DNA from: Mobula hypostoma
Lineage: Eukaryota
Reading direction: 5' to 3'
Assembly: GCF_963921235.1 (NCBI RefSeq)
Contig: NC_086101.1
Span: forward strand, 31,744,001 to 31,808,000
DNA: 64,000 nt
In this document: in pieces, positions 12,613-26,000 of the stretch
Layout of the letters: each line of letters starts with the position of its first letter
Position numbering within the stretch: position 1 is the stretch's first letter
Program-made: the position numbers and the translations under genes
Notes under the pieces: generated by a model
Told to the model about the DNA's origin: nothing
Database searches by the model: none
The model's input: the letters and a program-made list of their open reading frames with translations, nothing else

Positions 12613-13024
12613 GTGTAACTTCCTGTCTAACCTCTCTGCACCTCTCATAATTCTATAAACTTCTGTCTGGTCTCCCCTCAGCCTCTGAGACTCCAGAGAA
12701 AACAATTCAAGTTTGTCCACTTTCCCTTTATAGCTAACTTGATCAAATCCAGGCAACATCTTAATAAACACCTTCAGGCCCCACATCCTTCTGGTAATGT
12801 GGCAACCAGAACTGCACACAATTCTCCAAATGTGGCCAAAGTTCTGTACAGCTGCAACGTGACTGCCTGACTTCCACACGCAATGCCCCAACTAATAAAG
12901 GCAAATTACAATGCTCACCTTCTTTATCACCCTATCACTTGCTTCACTGTCAGGGAGCTGTGGACTGTACCTCAGGACTGATATCAATGTTCCAAATACC
13001 CTGCTATTTACTATTAATGTCTTT

Positions 13025-13268
13025 TCATTTGATCTCTGGGCCGTACCCTCTAAATATCCGGACCTGCCTCTCGGTTTTTTTGCACTACCTTACTTTCCAT
13101 TTTTCTATTTTATATTTATGATTTATAATTTAAATTTTTAATATTTTAACTATTTTTAGTATTTAATATTTGTAATCCAGGGAGTGTGAAGCGCAGAGTC
13201 AAATATCGCTGTGATTATTGTACATTCTAGTAACAATTGTTTGGCGACAATAAAGTATAAAGTATAAA
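13025..13268 (+). mobile_element. Rex1/Babar young-family 3' tail
   Basis: Near-identical to the tails at 21890-22110 (-) and 51235-51447 (+); ends in (AAGTATA)n. Confidence 0.85.
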
Positions 13269-13689
13269 ATGCAACATCTTACATTTGCCTGGATTAAACA
13301 CTATCTACATTTTCATCTGTATCAGTTATATATATCACAAGCAACAGAGCCCCTCCCCAGCACTGCTCCCTGCAGAACAGATGGACAGAGTTCATAGAAT
13401 TACATGATTCAGAAACAGGCCTATTGGCCTAAATGATCCATGCCGGTAAAGATTCCCATTTAAGCCAGTCCCATTTGCCCACGTTTGTCCCATATCCTTC
13501 TAAGACTTACTATCCATGTACCTGACCAAGTGTCTTTTAAATGTCTACATATCCGTTCTGTTATCTCCTGCTGGCTATCGGAAGGTTTTTAGTATTATAC
13601 TGGTTTCAGCTTTCTTGTTTCTGAGATAAACCATTCAGGTTGTTCTTTCTAGGTGCTGCTGTGACATTCTTTCTGATTAATATTGCAAA

Positions 13690-14380
13690 TCCCCCATCTC
13701 TTTTACATCACTCCCTAAAGTATCTAAACTCTGAAACTGTCAGCTGCCAGCCTTGCCCTTCTCTCAACCATGTTTCTGTAATGGCCACAACATCACAGTT
13801 CCACCTTTAATCCAGATTCTAGATTAATTTGCCTTTCCTGTAATAATCCTTGCATTAAAATAAAAAATAAGACTTCGGACTGTAAACTCCACACTGTTCA
13901 TTAACTTGACTCATCTGCCTGTCCTTCCTATTAGACTTACCTAATCGAATTCCTACCTTTCCCTCAATCCCTCTACTTGCTGACCTATTGTTCTGGTCCT
14001 CATCTCCTGCCATATTAGTACAATATAAACATTCCTGAGCAGTGTGACCAAACCTTCCTGTTTCAAAACTCGTTCCCCTCCAGTTTATCTGCAACCTATC
14101 CTTCTTGTAGAGGTCCCATCTGCCCTGACAGACTCCAATGCTATGTATCTGAAATCCTCCCTTCTACAGCAGATCCTTAGGCAGGTATTAAAGCTTTCCT
14201 GTTCCTACTGTAACTTGCAAGTGGCACAAGGATTAATTTTGAGATTACAACTATACAGGTCCTTTTTTTTCCAATGTTAGCTAATTTCTTAAATTCACTT
14301 CGCAGAATGTCATCTCTCTTCCTGTCTATGTACCAATGTGGACCATTAGTACCAACGTGGACCACCACTTTCAAAATGTC
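13690..14380 (-). mobile_element. CR1 ORF1 esterase / ORF2 start remnant
   Basis: VVVHVGTN SGNH-type motif in ORF 14177-14374. Confidence 0.55.
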
Positions 14381-14589
14381 CTACACTCACTCAGAAATTG
14401 TTGCCCCAGGCAATAGGGATGCAACATACCTGATATAGAGTATTGACCCAAGACATTGGCAATTCCTTTCCTCCCACAGATGCTGCTGAACCCACTGATT
14501 TAGCCCAGCAGATTTTTTTGGAGCTCCAGATTCCTGCATCCCTGCATCTGCAGTTCCTTATATCTCCAGGCGGCATACTTCCCTGGAAG

Positions 14590-15090
14590 CCCCTTGACTA
14601 TACAGTCTCCAATCAAACATAGAATGGTACAATAAAAAAGTTTCATCCTGGAAAAATATAGAACAAGAGCTAATAGCACCAATAAGGTTGAAGGACTTTC
14701 TCCTTATAGGTATGTCTACCAAAAAATGTGATTTGTATTACGGTCCAATTTTAACTCATACGCTACAAGTGTTTAGAGCAGCAGAAAAATTCCTAAAATT
14801 TAAAAGCATATGGTGCAAATCATCTCCATTATTGAACAATAATCATCTTCTATCCGGGGGGAATCCATTCACTAACAGAACTTAGGAGGATAAAGATATT
14901 ACTACTCTTCAAGATATTATTGGGGCAGATACTATCCTTAGCTTTCAAGAACTGGTATCTTAATTATAATATTGATAAACACTCTCTTTTCTTCTACTTT
15001 AGAGTAAGATCAGCTTGTAAAGCCTACAGGGTTCCCTGGGGGTCAGATTTAAAGGACCATCCCATTTTAAGTTGGATACAAAGTGCTCTA
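14590..15090 (+). mobile_element. L1-clade ORF2 post-RT fragment
   Basis: YGPILTHTLQVF...SPLLNN and SFQEL...YFRVRS resemble fish L1 ORF2 C-terminal region. Confidence 0.55.
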
Positions 15091-15627
15091 AGACAGATAG
15101 ATATAGATATAGATATATATGTGTATATATATATTTACTTATTTTTTCTTTGATTTGTAAGTCTTTAACATTAGTTGTAGTATATTAGCTTGGTTGGATT
15201 TATCATTTTTTGAATACATAGTTACGTATTTTAAATGGATTTAAGATGGCTGTTGTTAGTTAGGTGTTAACTATTGTTAGACATAATATGAAGATATTCG
15301 GAATCTATTTATTTCTTTATGTACTCTTTGTTATGTCTTTTTGGTGGTGGTAATGTATTACTTTGTAAGCAGGGGCTGCTATCTGGAGACAGGGGTCAAG
15401 GGTTATTAGAGTAGCATGCTGTGTTCCTATTGGATGGTTTTCCGGCTTTCGGAGAAGGAAGTGGGTTTATTAGATTAGTTTTTTTTTCCAACTGGGCAGT
15501 CCTGAGAGGTTTTTTTGTCAATTATCTTGCTTTTCTTTCTGATCGAGTCATGTTTTGTCCTTTCTTCGGATTTATTTTGGGCCTGTGCATTAGCTTACTT
15601 TATAAAATTTTAAATTAAATTTTAAAT

Positions 15628-16891
15628 ATGGATGTTAATAAAATTAATATAATATCTTGGAATTTGAATGGTATGAACCAACCTATTAAGTGCAGAAATA
15701 TTTTTAAGAAATTAAAAACACCTCATGCAGATATTATTTTTGCGCAGGAGACTCATATCCGTACGCAGGATGAAAATCTTTTTTTTTAATTTTGGAAGAA
15801 ATTAAGGAACCCTTATTTCATTCTTTATCAGTAAATAAAATAAGAGGGGTATCTATTTTTATTAAGTCTAAAATCCCTTTTGTACTTTTTAATACTGTTA
15901 CTGATTTAATTGGAAGGTATTTAATTGTTACTGGTCTGTTATGTGGACAAAAGGTGGCTTTGGTATGTGTCTATGCACCTAATATAGATAGCCCTGATTT
16001 TTTTAAGAACCTGTTTTCTGTGCTGCCGAATTTAAATGAATATAAGTTGATTATGGGCGGTGACTTCAACTGCTGTCTCAATCCATCGATTGACAGATCG
16101 TATGCCAATCCGTCACTTCCTAATAAAGCTGCGACTTGTAGTAATTCTTTTTTATTAGAATACGGTCTGGTTGATATTTGGAGATTTAGGTATCCTAAAG
16201 ATAAGGATTTTTCTTTTTTTCACATGTATACCATAAATATTCAAGAATTGATTATTTTTTGCTGGACACGCGATTGGTGCCCTCTGTTGCCGATTGTGAG
16301 TATGATGTGATTGCGTTGTCGGATCATGCACCTATGAAAGTAACTTTGAAGTTCTGTGATAATATTCTGAAGATACCTCAGTGGAGACTTAATGTTTTAT
16401 TGCTACAAGAGTCAACCTTTGTAAATTTTATTAAAGAGCAAATTTCTCTATTTTTTTGAATTAAATACAACTGAGGGAATGTCAAATTTGGGTATTTGGG
16501 ATACGATGAAATCTTTTCTTAGAGGACAGATAATTTCATATAGAGTAGGTTTAAGAAGGAAAACTAAGGCAGAACTTTTAGTGATTACTAATAAGATTAA
16601 GGAAATAAATAAAGTTTATTCAGTAATGCCTAGTGAAGTTCTCTTTAAGGAAAGGGTGGAACTCCAAGCACAGCATGATTTGCTTTTGACTTTTCCCATT
16701 GAGCAGCAACTTCTTAAATCTAAAAGTCAATTTTAGAGTTGTCTATGTGTCCACCCTCGTCTGGGTGATAGCTCCACCACAGAAGACCGGTCCCCCTGGT
16801 TAAAGTCACAGTCGGTGATTTGTGAAGGATTTCGGAGGACGACGAGAAGATCGACGGCATCAGCTCACCTGAAGACTCAACTCACTCTCTC

Positions 16892-16946
<55 letters not shown>

Positions 16947-18840
16947 CCATCCATCACTACTCAACTAAATACCACGAACTGAACTGAACTTTACTCAATA
17001 TTGTAAGACTGTATCTTTTTACCCCTAGACTTAAAGAAGCTTGGTTTTTTTCATACATATATATTCTACACTTACTTTTATACATAATCATTGCTAACCT
17101 GTTTGATTTATCTACATTTATATTACTGTATTGCATAGTTACTAATAAATATTAGTAGTTCATAGCAATACTGGACTCCAAAGTGTTTTCTATCTCTGCT
17201 GGTTCTTTATCCCCATCACGGGGTCCGTGACACCTTTATAAATCTGAATTTTCAGATAATATTACTTTCATTAATAGATTTTTGCAAAAATTGAATATAT
17301 GTAAGATTTCTATCCAAGATATGGATACATTAGATGCACCTATTAAACAAGAGGAAATAGAAAGGGCTATATCTTCTCTCCAATCAGCTAAGGCTCCAGG
17401 ACCGGACGGATATACAGTGGAATTTTATAAGACTTTTACTGAAATACTTACATCTCTTTTATGTCAAATTTTCACTGATTCTATATCCTCTGGGATTCTC
17501 CCTAGAACATTTTTATGAAGCATCAATCTCATTAATTCCCCAAAAAAAAAAGATTTATCTGAATGTGCTTCCTATAGACCAATCTCCCTACTGAATGTGG
17601 ATCTTAAAATTCTTTCTAAGATTTTGGCTAATAAACTTGAGAGTATTTTACTTAGTGTTATTTCCAATGATCAAACTGGATTTATTAAAAATAGATATTC
17701 ACATTTTAACATTCAAAGATTATTAAACATTATTCACTCTTCTCCATCTGAAGAATCTGAATGTGTTGTTTCTCTTGGTGCAGAGAAAGCCTTTGATAGG
17801 GTGGAGTGGTCTGACTTATTTGAGGTTTTGGAAAGATTTAATTTTGGTCCTGGATTTATTTCCTGGATCAGATTGATCTATCAAGCTCCTACGGCTGTGG
17901 TTATAACTAATAATCAAAAATCTCCTTACTTGAGATTATACAGAGGTACTCAGCAGGGATGTCCTTTTAGCCCTTTATTATTGAACTTGGCTTTAGAACC
18001 CCTTGCTATTGCTCTTAGAGATTCTAATACTGTTCAGGGTATTAAGAGAGGGGGCAAAGTACACAAGGTTTCATTGTATGCAGAGGACGTGTTAGTTTAT
18101 ATTTCAGATCCTAGGAAATCTATTCCTTCTATGTTATCTATATTTTCTGAATTCAGTAGTTTTTCTGGATATAAATTAAATTTACATAAAAGTGAGTTAT
18201 TTCCCATTAATAATTACTCAGATCAATATTATCAAGTACCTTTTAGTATTGCTAATAATTACTTTACTTATCTTGGTATTAAAATTACTAAAAACTTTAA
18301 GGACCTGTATAAATATAATTTTCTCCCATTAATTGATTACACTCAACAAATGCTATCTAAATGGTCACTATTATCATTAATAGGTCGAATTAATGCTATT
18401 CTACAGAAATTCTTAAATATATATATATATAAATATAAATATATATAAATACAAATATATATATATCAGACAGTTCCTTCCTTTGCTTCTAAAACATTTT
18501 TGACAGAATAGACTCTATAATCTTATCTTATATTTGGAATAATAAAAATCCTACATAGAGTAAACCCTTATTGCAGAAATTAAAAAAGGACGGTGGTATG
18601 GCTTTGACAAATTTTAGAAAAAAATTATTTTAAAAAATTATTTGGCAATTAATATTTGATATATTACTTTTTGGATTCATTATTCAGACATACATGAATG
18701 TCCTTTACGGTTGGATTTGGAGGAAAACTCGGTGAAAGGATTCTCTTTGGCCTCTTTACTGGGAGCTCCTCTTCCCTTTTTGTTTTCTAAGATTAGTGGA
18801 CAAGACTTTAATCCCATTATTAAACATACATTAAGAATCC
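15628..18840 (+). mobile_element. L1-clade LINE ORF2 (endonuclease and RT), frameshifted pseudogene
   Basis: MDVNKINIISWN...AQETH, GGDFN, SDHAP, KAPGPDG, AEKAFDRVEW, RGTQQGCPFSP and YAED motifs; interrupted at 16737-17232. Confidence 0.9.
16737..17232 (+). mobile_element. LTR fragment nested in L1 ORF2
   Basis: Non-L1 sequence with (CT)n, AATAAA at about 17145 and a 3' end gtgaca; L1 frame resumes at LYKSEF. Confidence 0.6.
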
Positions 18841-19199
18841 ACCACCACCAAGCCCGAGGCCGTTCTCGATCTTTACAAATCGGCTCGGAGCTTTGATCAA
18901 TCTATCCTTGCTCCTGGTTTAGGTGGACAGGCATCGAAACTCCTCCGCCTCGACTCCACTCCAAATTGCTTGCTCCAACAGCGACGCCATCACTGTCTGT
19001 GACCCTGTCTTTGCAACACACCAGCACGGCTCATCTCGCAAGTCAGCTTTACCCCTGCTCACCTTTTCATTGTTTGCGGTAATAGTTTACCACAATTTAC
19101 CTCACAAAAAGTGTTATTAATGATGTTTTAGTCGTATTTCTTGCCTTTTGAGCTACCGGTAAGCTGTTGCACAACTTCAGTAGCACTATCATAAACCGG

Positions 19200-19530
19200 A
19201 AGTTGGTAGGCTCAAAGATCCGGTCTCACTAGCAAGCTATGGAACATTTGTTTGATGTCTGCCATCACTACCACAGACTCAGTTCTGAAATGCACGAGGA
19301 CCCCAGACAGACTGTTATGGAGGTCTGAACCCCACAAGAACACATTGTCCAGTGATATGCCTTTGAACTGCACACCTGAATCAAAGAAGATTCATATTTG
19401 TGCAGATTTCTGGGGTTGGTAAACACCAAGGTTTGGCAAATACTAGTTTTGTTTGGTGGGATCTGGTGGAGGAGCTTGCTTAGCATGATGGTTCCTGAAC
19501 AGTCTGCACAATGATCTTTCATTTCTGATT
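19200..19530 (-). mobile_element. BEL/Pao retrotransposon RT fragment
   Basis: Minus frame with stops: YLPNLGVYQPQK..IFFDS..FKGISLDNVFLWGSDLHNSLSGVLVHFRTESVVVMADIKQMFH. Confidence 0.75.
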
Positions 19531-19670
19531 TCTTTTGCAATATGTGACTGAGTTGTATGAGTCAACTCAGAACCTGCCCTCTGTTGTTTGGTAAGAGTTG
19601 TCGTAGAGTGTGGAAAGGAAGGGGAGTTGAATTGAATTGAATTGACTTCATTACTTACATCCTTCATATA

Positions 19671-20310
19671 TGTAACCCTCACTTCACCTAGTGGCATGAT
19701 CGCGGGGTGATAACCCCCTGCCCGGCCAAACCTTAGAATTCCCGTTTGGGTGGATGCTGCGCGATATGTCCCCTGTTTCAAATCAGTCCCCTGAAATGAC
19801 AAGCTCTACACAGTATGCAGTTAAACAATTAAGATTTTATAACTCTTATTTGAACTATAGAATTAGTAGAGAACCAAAATATAAACTAAGAGACGCCAAG
19901 AATAATAATTAGACAGTTTGTGCACAACGTTGGAGCTCATGCAATATCCTCAGACCACCATTCGATTTCCTCCAAACTCCGGTGGGTTCCGAGCCCCCGC
20001 TTGGGATCCACTCCGCTAGCCGGCTCACAGCATCTCTCCATGTGTGTCTTCTCTCTTCATCCCCATGGCGCGTTCTCCCCAAATCCCGAGCAAAACAACA
20101 GCTTACAGACACACAAGAAAGAATAACATCTATCCCATTGGTTAGCAAATGAATACAAGTCCTGTTATCAGTAATTATAACCCAAAACGCTACTATAGAG
20201 ACCACCTTACCTCAGCAATTAACATTACAAAGAAGCCATTTTATTATAACACTACAGGGAAGCCATTTTATTAGCCTTAGCAAGTAATATGAAAGAAGAA
20301 ACCCCTTACA
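19671..20310. mobile_element. Solo LTR (640 bp) with 4-bp TSD TATA
   Basis: TGTAAC...TTACA termini flanked by tata on both sides; removing it restores the host repeat ccttcatatacatgagg; related to LTRs at 46.6 kb and 61.4 kb. Confidence 0.8.
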
Positions 20311-21490
20311 TATACATGAGGAATTAAAATCTTTATGTTACGTTTTCATTCAAATGTGCAATGTGCAATTATAGAAATTTATAATAAATATTCTGTACAA
20401 CAGGATAGTCAATGTAACATAGAAATACAGTTGTGCCACCATGAATTAAGCAGTCTGATAGTCTGGTGTAAGAAGCCACCAGGCCACCACAAGTTTGATG
20501 TATTGTTGTTAAACTTTTTTGTTCATGATTCAAAGAAAGACCTCATCTTCGATGGAAGATACCAGCTTGCAATCATCTTCTGAGTGACAGAATTCCAGCT
20601 TGCCTCAGTCTGGTTGAGCAGAGGGAAGTGTGTCAGGGTGCTTGGTTTGCCTGCCTATAACCTTCCGCTTTACATAAATTCTACTCTCACGGGGTCTGAA
20701 ATGACCTGGGCACCCATTCTCCAAGAATCAATCTTAAATGTACTGACTGTGGGCCAATGGGCACCATCGAGGCAAACTTCAAAGTTCAAAGTAAATTAAT
20801 TATACAACCCTGAGATTCATCTTCTTGCAAGCATATTCAGTAAATCCAAGAAACACAGCAGAATCAATGAAAGACCACACCCAACAGTATGAACAGCAAA
20901 CAATGTGCAAAAGAGGAAAAGCTGTGCAGACACAAAAGAGAAATAATAATAATAACCACTTACAACTGAGAGCACTCAGCAGTTAAGAGGAGAAAGACAT
21001 GCACGAAATGGTCATTAGAAGTAAACACATTAATAATCTGTGTACTGTATATTATCGAGTCATGGAACATGAGACTAACATTACAGCGTACAGGGAAAAC
21101 TGCGCCAACAGTCACACAGTAATATCTGTGTAAATCTTCAGCAAGGCACTATAATAAACACCAGTAAGACAATACAAAAATCCCCAACAATTGGCAAATG
21201 AGCGTGCCTGGCTGTCCCCGACCCTCAGGTTTTACTAGCTCGAGCTGAGAGAAAAAAAAATAGTAATAATGATGATAATATACGTTTATTTAAGTTTAGA
21301 GATGCGTATTCCTTATCAGATTTCCATATGCTTTTGTTGATGAAAGTTGTCCTCAGAAGCTTTTTCTGACTGTTGTGTAAATGCTTTTATATCTGCTATT
21401 CCTCTTCCTCCTTCTGTCCTAGGTAGTGTTAATCGAAGTGTGTTTGAGTGTACATAGTGTTTTGTTATTTCAGATTTTTCTTTGTCACAG

Positions 21491-21611
21491 GATGCTGACT
21501 GTCAGGTACCAATCAGGCCCATCCTGCCCATGGAGAGCACACCTGATGTCCCCAGGCCCGGGAGTTTCCCTGCTGCCAGTCAGGAGCAGGGAAGGACGGA
21601 CAGTGAAGCAG
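21491..21611 (+). CDS. Candidate isolated coding exon (DADCQVPIRPILPMESTPDVPRPGSFPAASQEQGRTDSEA), product unknown
   Basis: tttttctttgtcacag acceptor, gtatac donor, open frame, non-repetitive sequence. Confidence 0.3.
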
Positions 21612-21889
21612 GTATACTTCCTGATATCCCGCTTCATCAGAGGTCCCATCACAGCCAGTTTATGTGTGTGAGGCAGACCCACAGCTGGGAGAGTGGGCAG
21701 CTCCTCATAATGTTCCCTAGAGCTACCAATTTAAATTCAAATTTAAAATTTCAAGGTCAAAGTATATTTATGATCAAAGTATATATAAATTATATAACCC
21801 TTAAGGTTTGTCTACGTACAGGCAGCCACAAAACAAGGAACGCAAAAGAACCCAATTATACTTTATACTTTATTGTCACCAAACAATTG

Positions 21890-22560
21890 GTACTAGAAAG
21901 TACAATCATCACAGCGATATTTGATTCTGCGCTTCACACTCCCTGGGTTACAAATATTAAATATTAAAAATACTAAAAATAGTTATACTTTGTAAATATT
22001 AAAAATTTAAATTATAAATCATAAAAAGAAAATAGAAAAATGGGAAGTAAGGTAGTGCAAAAAAACCGAGAGGCAGGTCCGGATATTTGGAGGGTACGGC
22101 CCAGATCCAGGTCAGGATCCGTTCAGCAGTCTTATCACAGTTGGAAAGAAGCTGTTCCCAAATCTGGCCGTACGAGCCTTCAAGCTCCTGAACCTTCTCC
22201 CGGAGGGAAGAGGGACAAAAAGTGTGTTGGCTGGGTGGGTCATGTCCTTGATTATCCTGGCAGCACTGCTCCGACAGCGTGCGGTGTAAAGTGAGTCCAA
22301 GGACAGAAGATTGGTTTGTGTGATGTGCTGCACCGTGTTCACAATCTTCTGCAGTTTCTCTCGGTCTTGGACAGGACAACTTCCATACCAGGTTGTGATG
22401 CACACTAGAAAAATGCTTTCTACGATGCATCTATAAAAATTAGTGAGGGTTTTAGGGGACAGGCCAACTTCCTTTAGTTTTCTCAGGAAGTAAAGGCGCT
22501 GGTGGGCCTTCTTGGCAGTGAACTCTGCTTGGTTGGTCCAAGTCAGGTCATTTGTGATAT
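21890..22560 (-). mobile_element. Rex1/Babar LINE 3' fragment, young family
   Basis: High identity to 50780-51447; [20 protein letters not shown] in the sense frame. Confidence 0.9.
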
Positions 22561-23462
22561 TAAAATTTTAAAAAAAGACCAATACCCAATGCACAGAGAG
22601 AAAAAAAAAACAAATCATGCAAACAATAAAGCAAGCATTAGTATTCAGATCGAAATTGAGTCCATAAACCCGAAGCCCAGAGCAGGCCCATAGCCTCAGT
22701 GTCAGTTCATCACAGAACAGGGCAAATCACACAACATCAGAAGGAGCCCATGAGTACACTGTGTGGGTGAAGCAGAGCACAAATCCTCCCATTGCTCTCA
22801 GAGTCCCTGGCAATGAAACCACATCACTCAGCTCAGCACTGAAGGCAGAGAGAAGGAAGCGCTCAGGGAGAAGTGAAACTTGCCTCATGGTTTTAACTGG
22901 GAATTAAAAACTAGTGGAAAACAACAAACTGAATGATTAGAAAACTTTGACATTGGACTGGGAGATGCAGAACACTGATTGTACACACTCCTGCATTAGG
23001 AAACCCTATCCCTGAAATGGACACATTAATCCCTCGGTCACACAATCCACAGAATGGAATCCCTGTGAAAGGCAGCAACCTTGGCCAGGGGGTCTGTCAT
23101 CCCCGGCCCACTGGCGTCAGTGAGACAGTCACAGGTTCAAGGTCTGCTCTTGATGCTTGAGTTCATAAGAGGTCTGGTCCCAGTGTAGGAAGCAAAGAGC
23201 CTCACCAGCATATCCAAGATCAGCAGGTATATATTTATGGTCAAGGAACAAGAGCTTTAGAGGGAATCAGGGTAGCCTGTTTTGTAAACCAAAAAGTGAC
23301 TGGAATCCCATTGAGATCTGTACACTTCCTGGTTGTTTGGTAGTGGGCTGAGGTGGAAGCAGAGAATTTCACAAAACTTATGAAGTATATAGGCAGGCAC
23401 TTGAATTGGCAGGTCGTAACTGGCTATGGACCAAGTGTCAGTAATGGGATGGTACTTGATGG

Positions 23463-23955
23463 TGTCATAAGGGCGGTGGCTGGGAACGGACCCAAGTGCC
23501 AGACACAGACACTGAAGTACTAGGGACAGGACTAGGATACAGGGCGATGGCAAGGACATGGACAGGAAAACCAGGAACCTGGAACAGGACTGAACAAGGG
23601 AGCTAGGAGCCCGGGCTTGGACTCCGAGCCAGAGACTGGACAGGGACCCAGTACCTGGGTCATGCCTCTGGCTCGGACCCCAGAACTAGGCAAGGATGAG
23701 GCTTGGCTGGCAGGCAGGACAAGGCAGAAATCTACAGGCTTGAAGCTTGAGGCCGGAGGCAGGAGACCTGGCTTGGCGAGGCAAGGCCGGAGGCAGGAGA
23801 CCTGGCTTGGCGAGGCAAGGCCGGAGGCAGGAGACCTGGCTTGGCGAGGCGAGGCCGGAGGCAGGAGACTTGAGGCGAGGCGAGGTCGGAGGCAGGAGAC
23901 TTGAGGCGAGGCGAGGTCGGAGGCAGGAGACTTGGAGACGGACTGGACTATGACA
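23463..23955. mobile_element. Solo LTR-like element with internal 27-30 bp tandem repeats
   Basis: TGTCA...TGACA termini; repeats ggaggcaggagac(ctgg)cttggcgaggc at about 23750-23935. Confidence 0.6.
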
Positions 23956-24399
23956 TTTGGTCACAGAACCTGCAGCACTGGGAAAAAATTCCTACTAACT
24001 ACCTCATCTATTCCTCATAATTTCCATGTACTGTACCTCTTTCTGGTTCCAACCCCCTCCCAGCCTTCTCTGTTCCAAGCAAAGCAACCCCAGTTAATCC
24101 AGCCCATCTACATAATGGAGACATCCTGTGAATGATCTCTGCACCCTCTCCAGTGCAATCACACCCTTCCTATTATGTAACAACCAGAACTGTTCACAGT
24201 ACTCCCGCTGTGAGCTCTCCAATGCTTAATAAAGATATGGTATACCATAACCTCCATGCTGTTATACTCTATGTCACAAGCAAAATCCTATACAGCACCT
24301 ATCCAACTTAGCTACATTGACGGGATCTGCATCAATAATAATTAGATTGTAAAACTCTGGGATATCTCCCTGTCAGCACAGCTGTGCAACCAGATCCTG

Positions 24400-24590
24400 A
24401 ACTCCGGTGCTGTCCGCGTGGGCTTTACATTCTCTCCCTGTTGGCCCCTGGGGTTGCCCCGTGTGCTCTGGTTTCCCCCCACATCCCAATGACGTGCGGG
24501 TCAGTAGGGTAATGGCCACTGTGAATTGCCTTTGTGGTGTGGGTGAGTGTTAGAATCTGGAGGGAATTGCTGGGAATGTGGAGAGCATAA
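24400..24590 (+). mobile_element. V-SINE (HE1-like) remnant
   Basis: Degenerate V-domain gtgctgtccgcgtgggctttacattctc...gctctggtttcccccacatccc. Confidence 0.55.
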
Positions 24591-25227
24591 AACGGGGTGA
24601 GTATAAACGAGTGGTCAGTGGTTGGTACAGACTCAGTGGGCTTAAGGGTCTGTAGGACTTCTGACTGTCTGGAATTGGGTTTGATCCAAACCAACATTTC
24701 CCTCCCTGCCTGCTCCAGCTGAACCCAGGGACCAGGCTCAGTGAATAAATGTATAATCAGTGAAAGATTATACCTGCTCTAATGTGATGAGGTGAATTTC
24801 CTGGTGAAGGGGTGCCTGGAAGGGAAATCTGTGATAACACTGTGCACTGGCTGTCAGCCCGCTGCTGTCTGCAGAATCCTCTCCACTGGAGTCTGGGTTC
24901 AGTCAGGGGCAGAGTACTGTTGTGGAGATGGTGAATGTCAGCTCTCATAGTCAGGGTGAGTGATCTGTGACACAGAAGAGTTACTCCTGCAGACTCAGCC
25001 AATAATAGTTTCTGAAAGCAACTGGTCTGGGTGTGACAGCTTTGCTTGCTGGGACAGGGTCCTGATCGTAATATGGTCAATCTGCTCCAAACAAGAACAA
25101 GAACTGCAACGGGAGATTGTGAACAGAGCCAGCAAACTTTCTGCATACTGTGTGTATGTGAGACATTTGTTTTCTTTTGTCACTGTAATCCCTGCATAGA
25201 GGGGACTGTGTTTTCTCTCCATGAATC

Positions 25228-25232
25228 TGTGT

Positions 25233-25270
<38 letters not shown>
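25228..25270. repeat. (TG)n microsatellite
   Basis: Direct reading. Confidence 0.95.
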
Positions 25271-25273
<3 letters not shown>

Positions 25274-25399
25274 CTGTGTTACTCAATCTGACTGCATGGG
25301 AGGAGGTGTAGCAGCATCTGCTACCCATTTTAATCCAACCTACATTTTCAAGGTAGCTTATTGTTCAAGACTGATCCTCTACCTCCTTCCTTATCATCA

Positions 25400-26000
25400 C
25401 TGAGGGCCCCAAACTCCATTCAGGTGAGGGGACACTTCATCTGCGAGTCTTTCAGGCGTCATCTATTGTGCTCCCAGTGTGGCCTCCTCTACATCAGTGG
25501 GACCGGATGCAGGCTGGTCTGCAGATTGAACACCTTCACCCTGTCCACTGCAAAAGGCAGGATCTCCCATTTCAATTCAATTTCACATTCCCATTTTGAC
25601 ATGTCTGTCCACAGCCTCCTTTACTGCCATGATGAGGCCAAACTCATGTTGCAGGAACAAAACCTCATATTCTGTTTCCATAGCTACCAATATGAATGCA
25701 TATGAACATTGATTTCTCTAAAATCTGGTCATTTCTCCCCTTCTCCCCTTCTCTCTGTTTCTATTCACCATTCTGGTTACCAATCTTCTCTCACCTGGCC
25801 ATCACCTCCTTCTGTTTCTCCATCTTTTCCTTTCCTCTCCTCCATTGTCATCTCTTATCAAACTGCTTCTTCAGCCCTTTACCACTTCCAAATATCCTCT
25901 TCCAGCTTCCCCCACCCCAGCACCTTCCCTCTCACTCAGTCTCACCTATCACCTACCAGCTTGTATTCCATCTCCTCTCTCCACTTTTTTATTGTTACCA
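25400..26000 (+). mobile_element. Penelope-like element GIY-YIG fragment
   Basis: HFNSISHSHFDMSVHSLLYCHDEAKL..QEQNLIF. Confidence 0.75.

Noticed and set aside
24757-25146. 129-aa minus ORF ending at a donor-like site
   Set aside because: Weak acceptor, no recognisable protein similarity and no linked exons.
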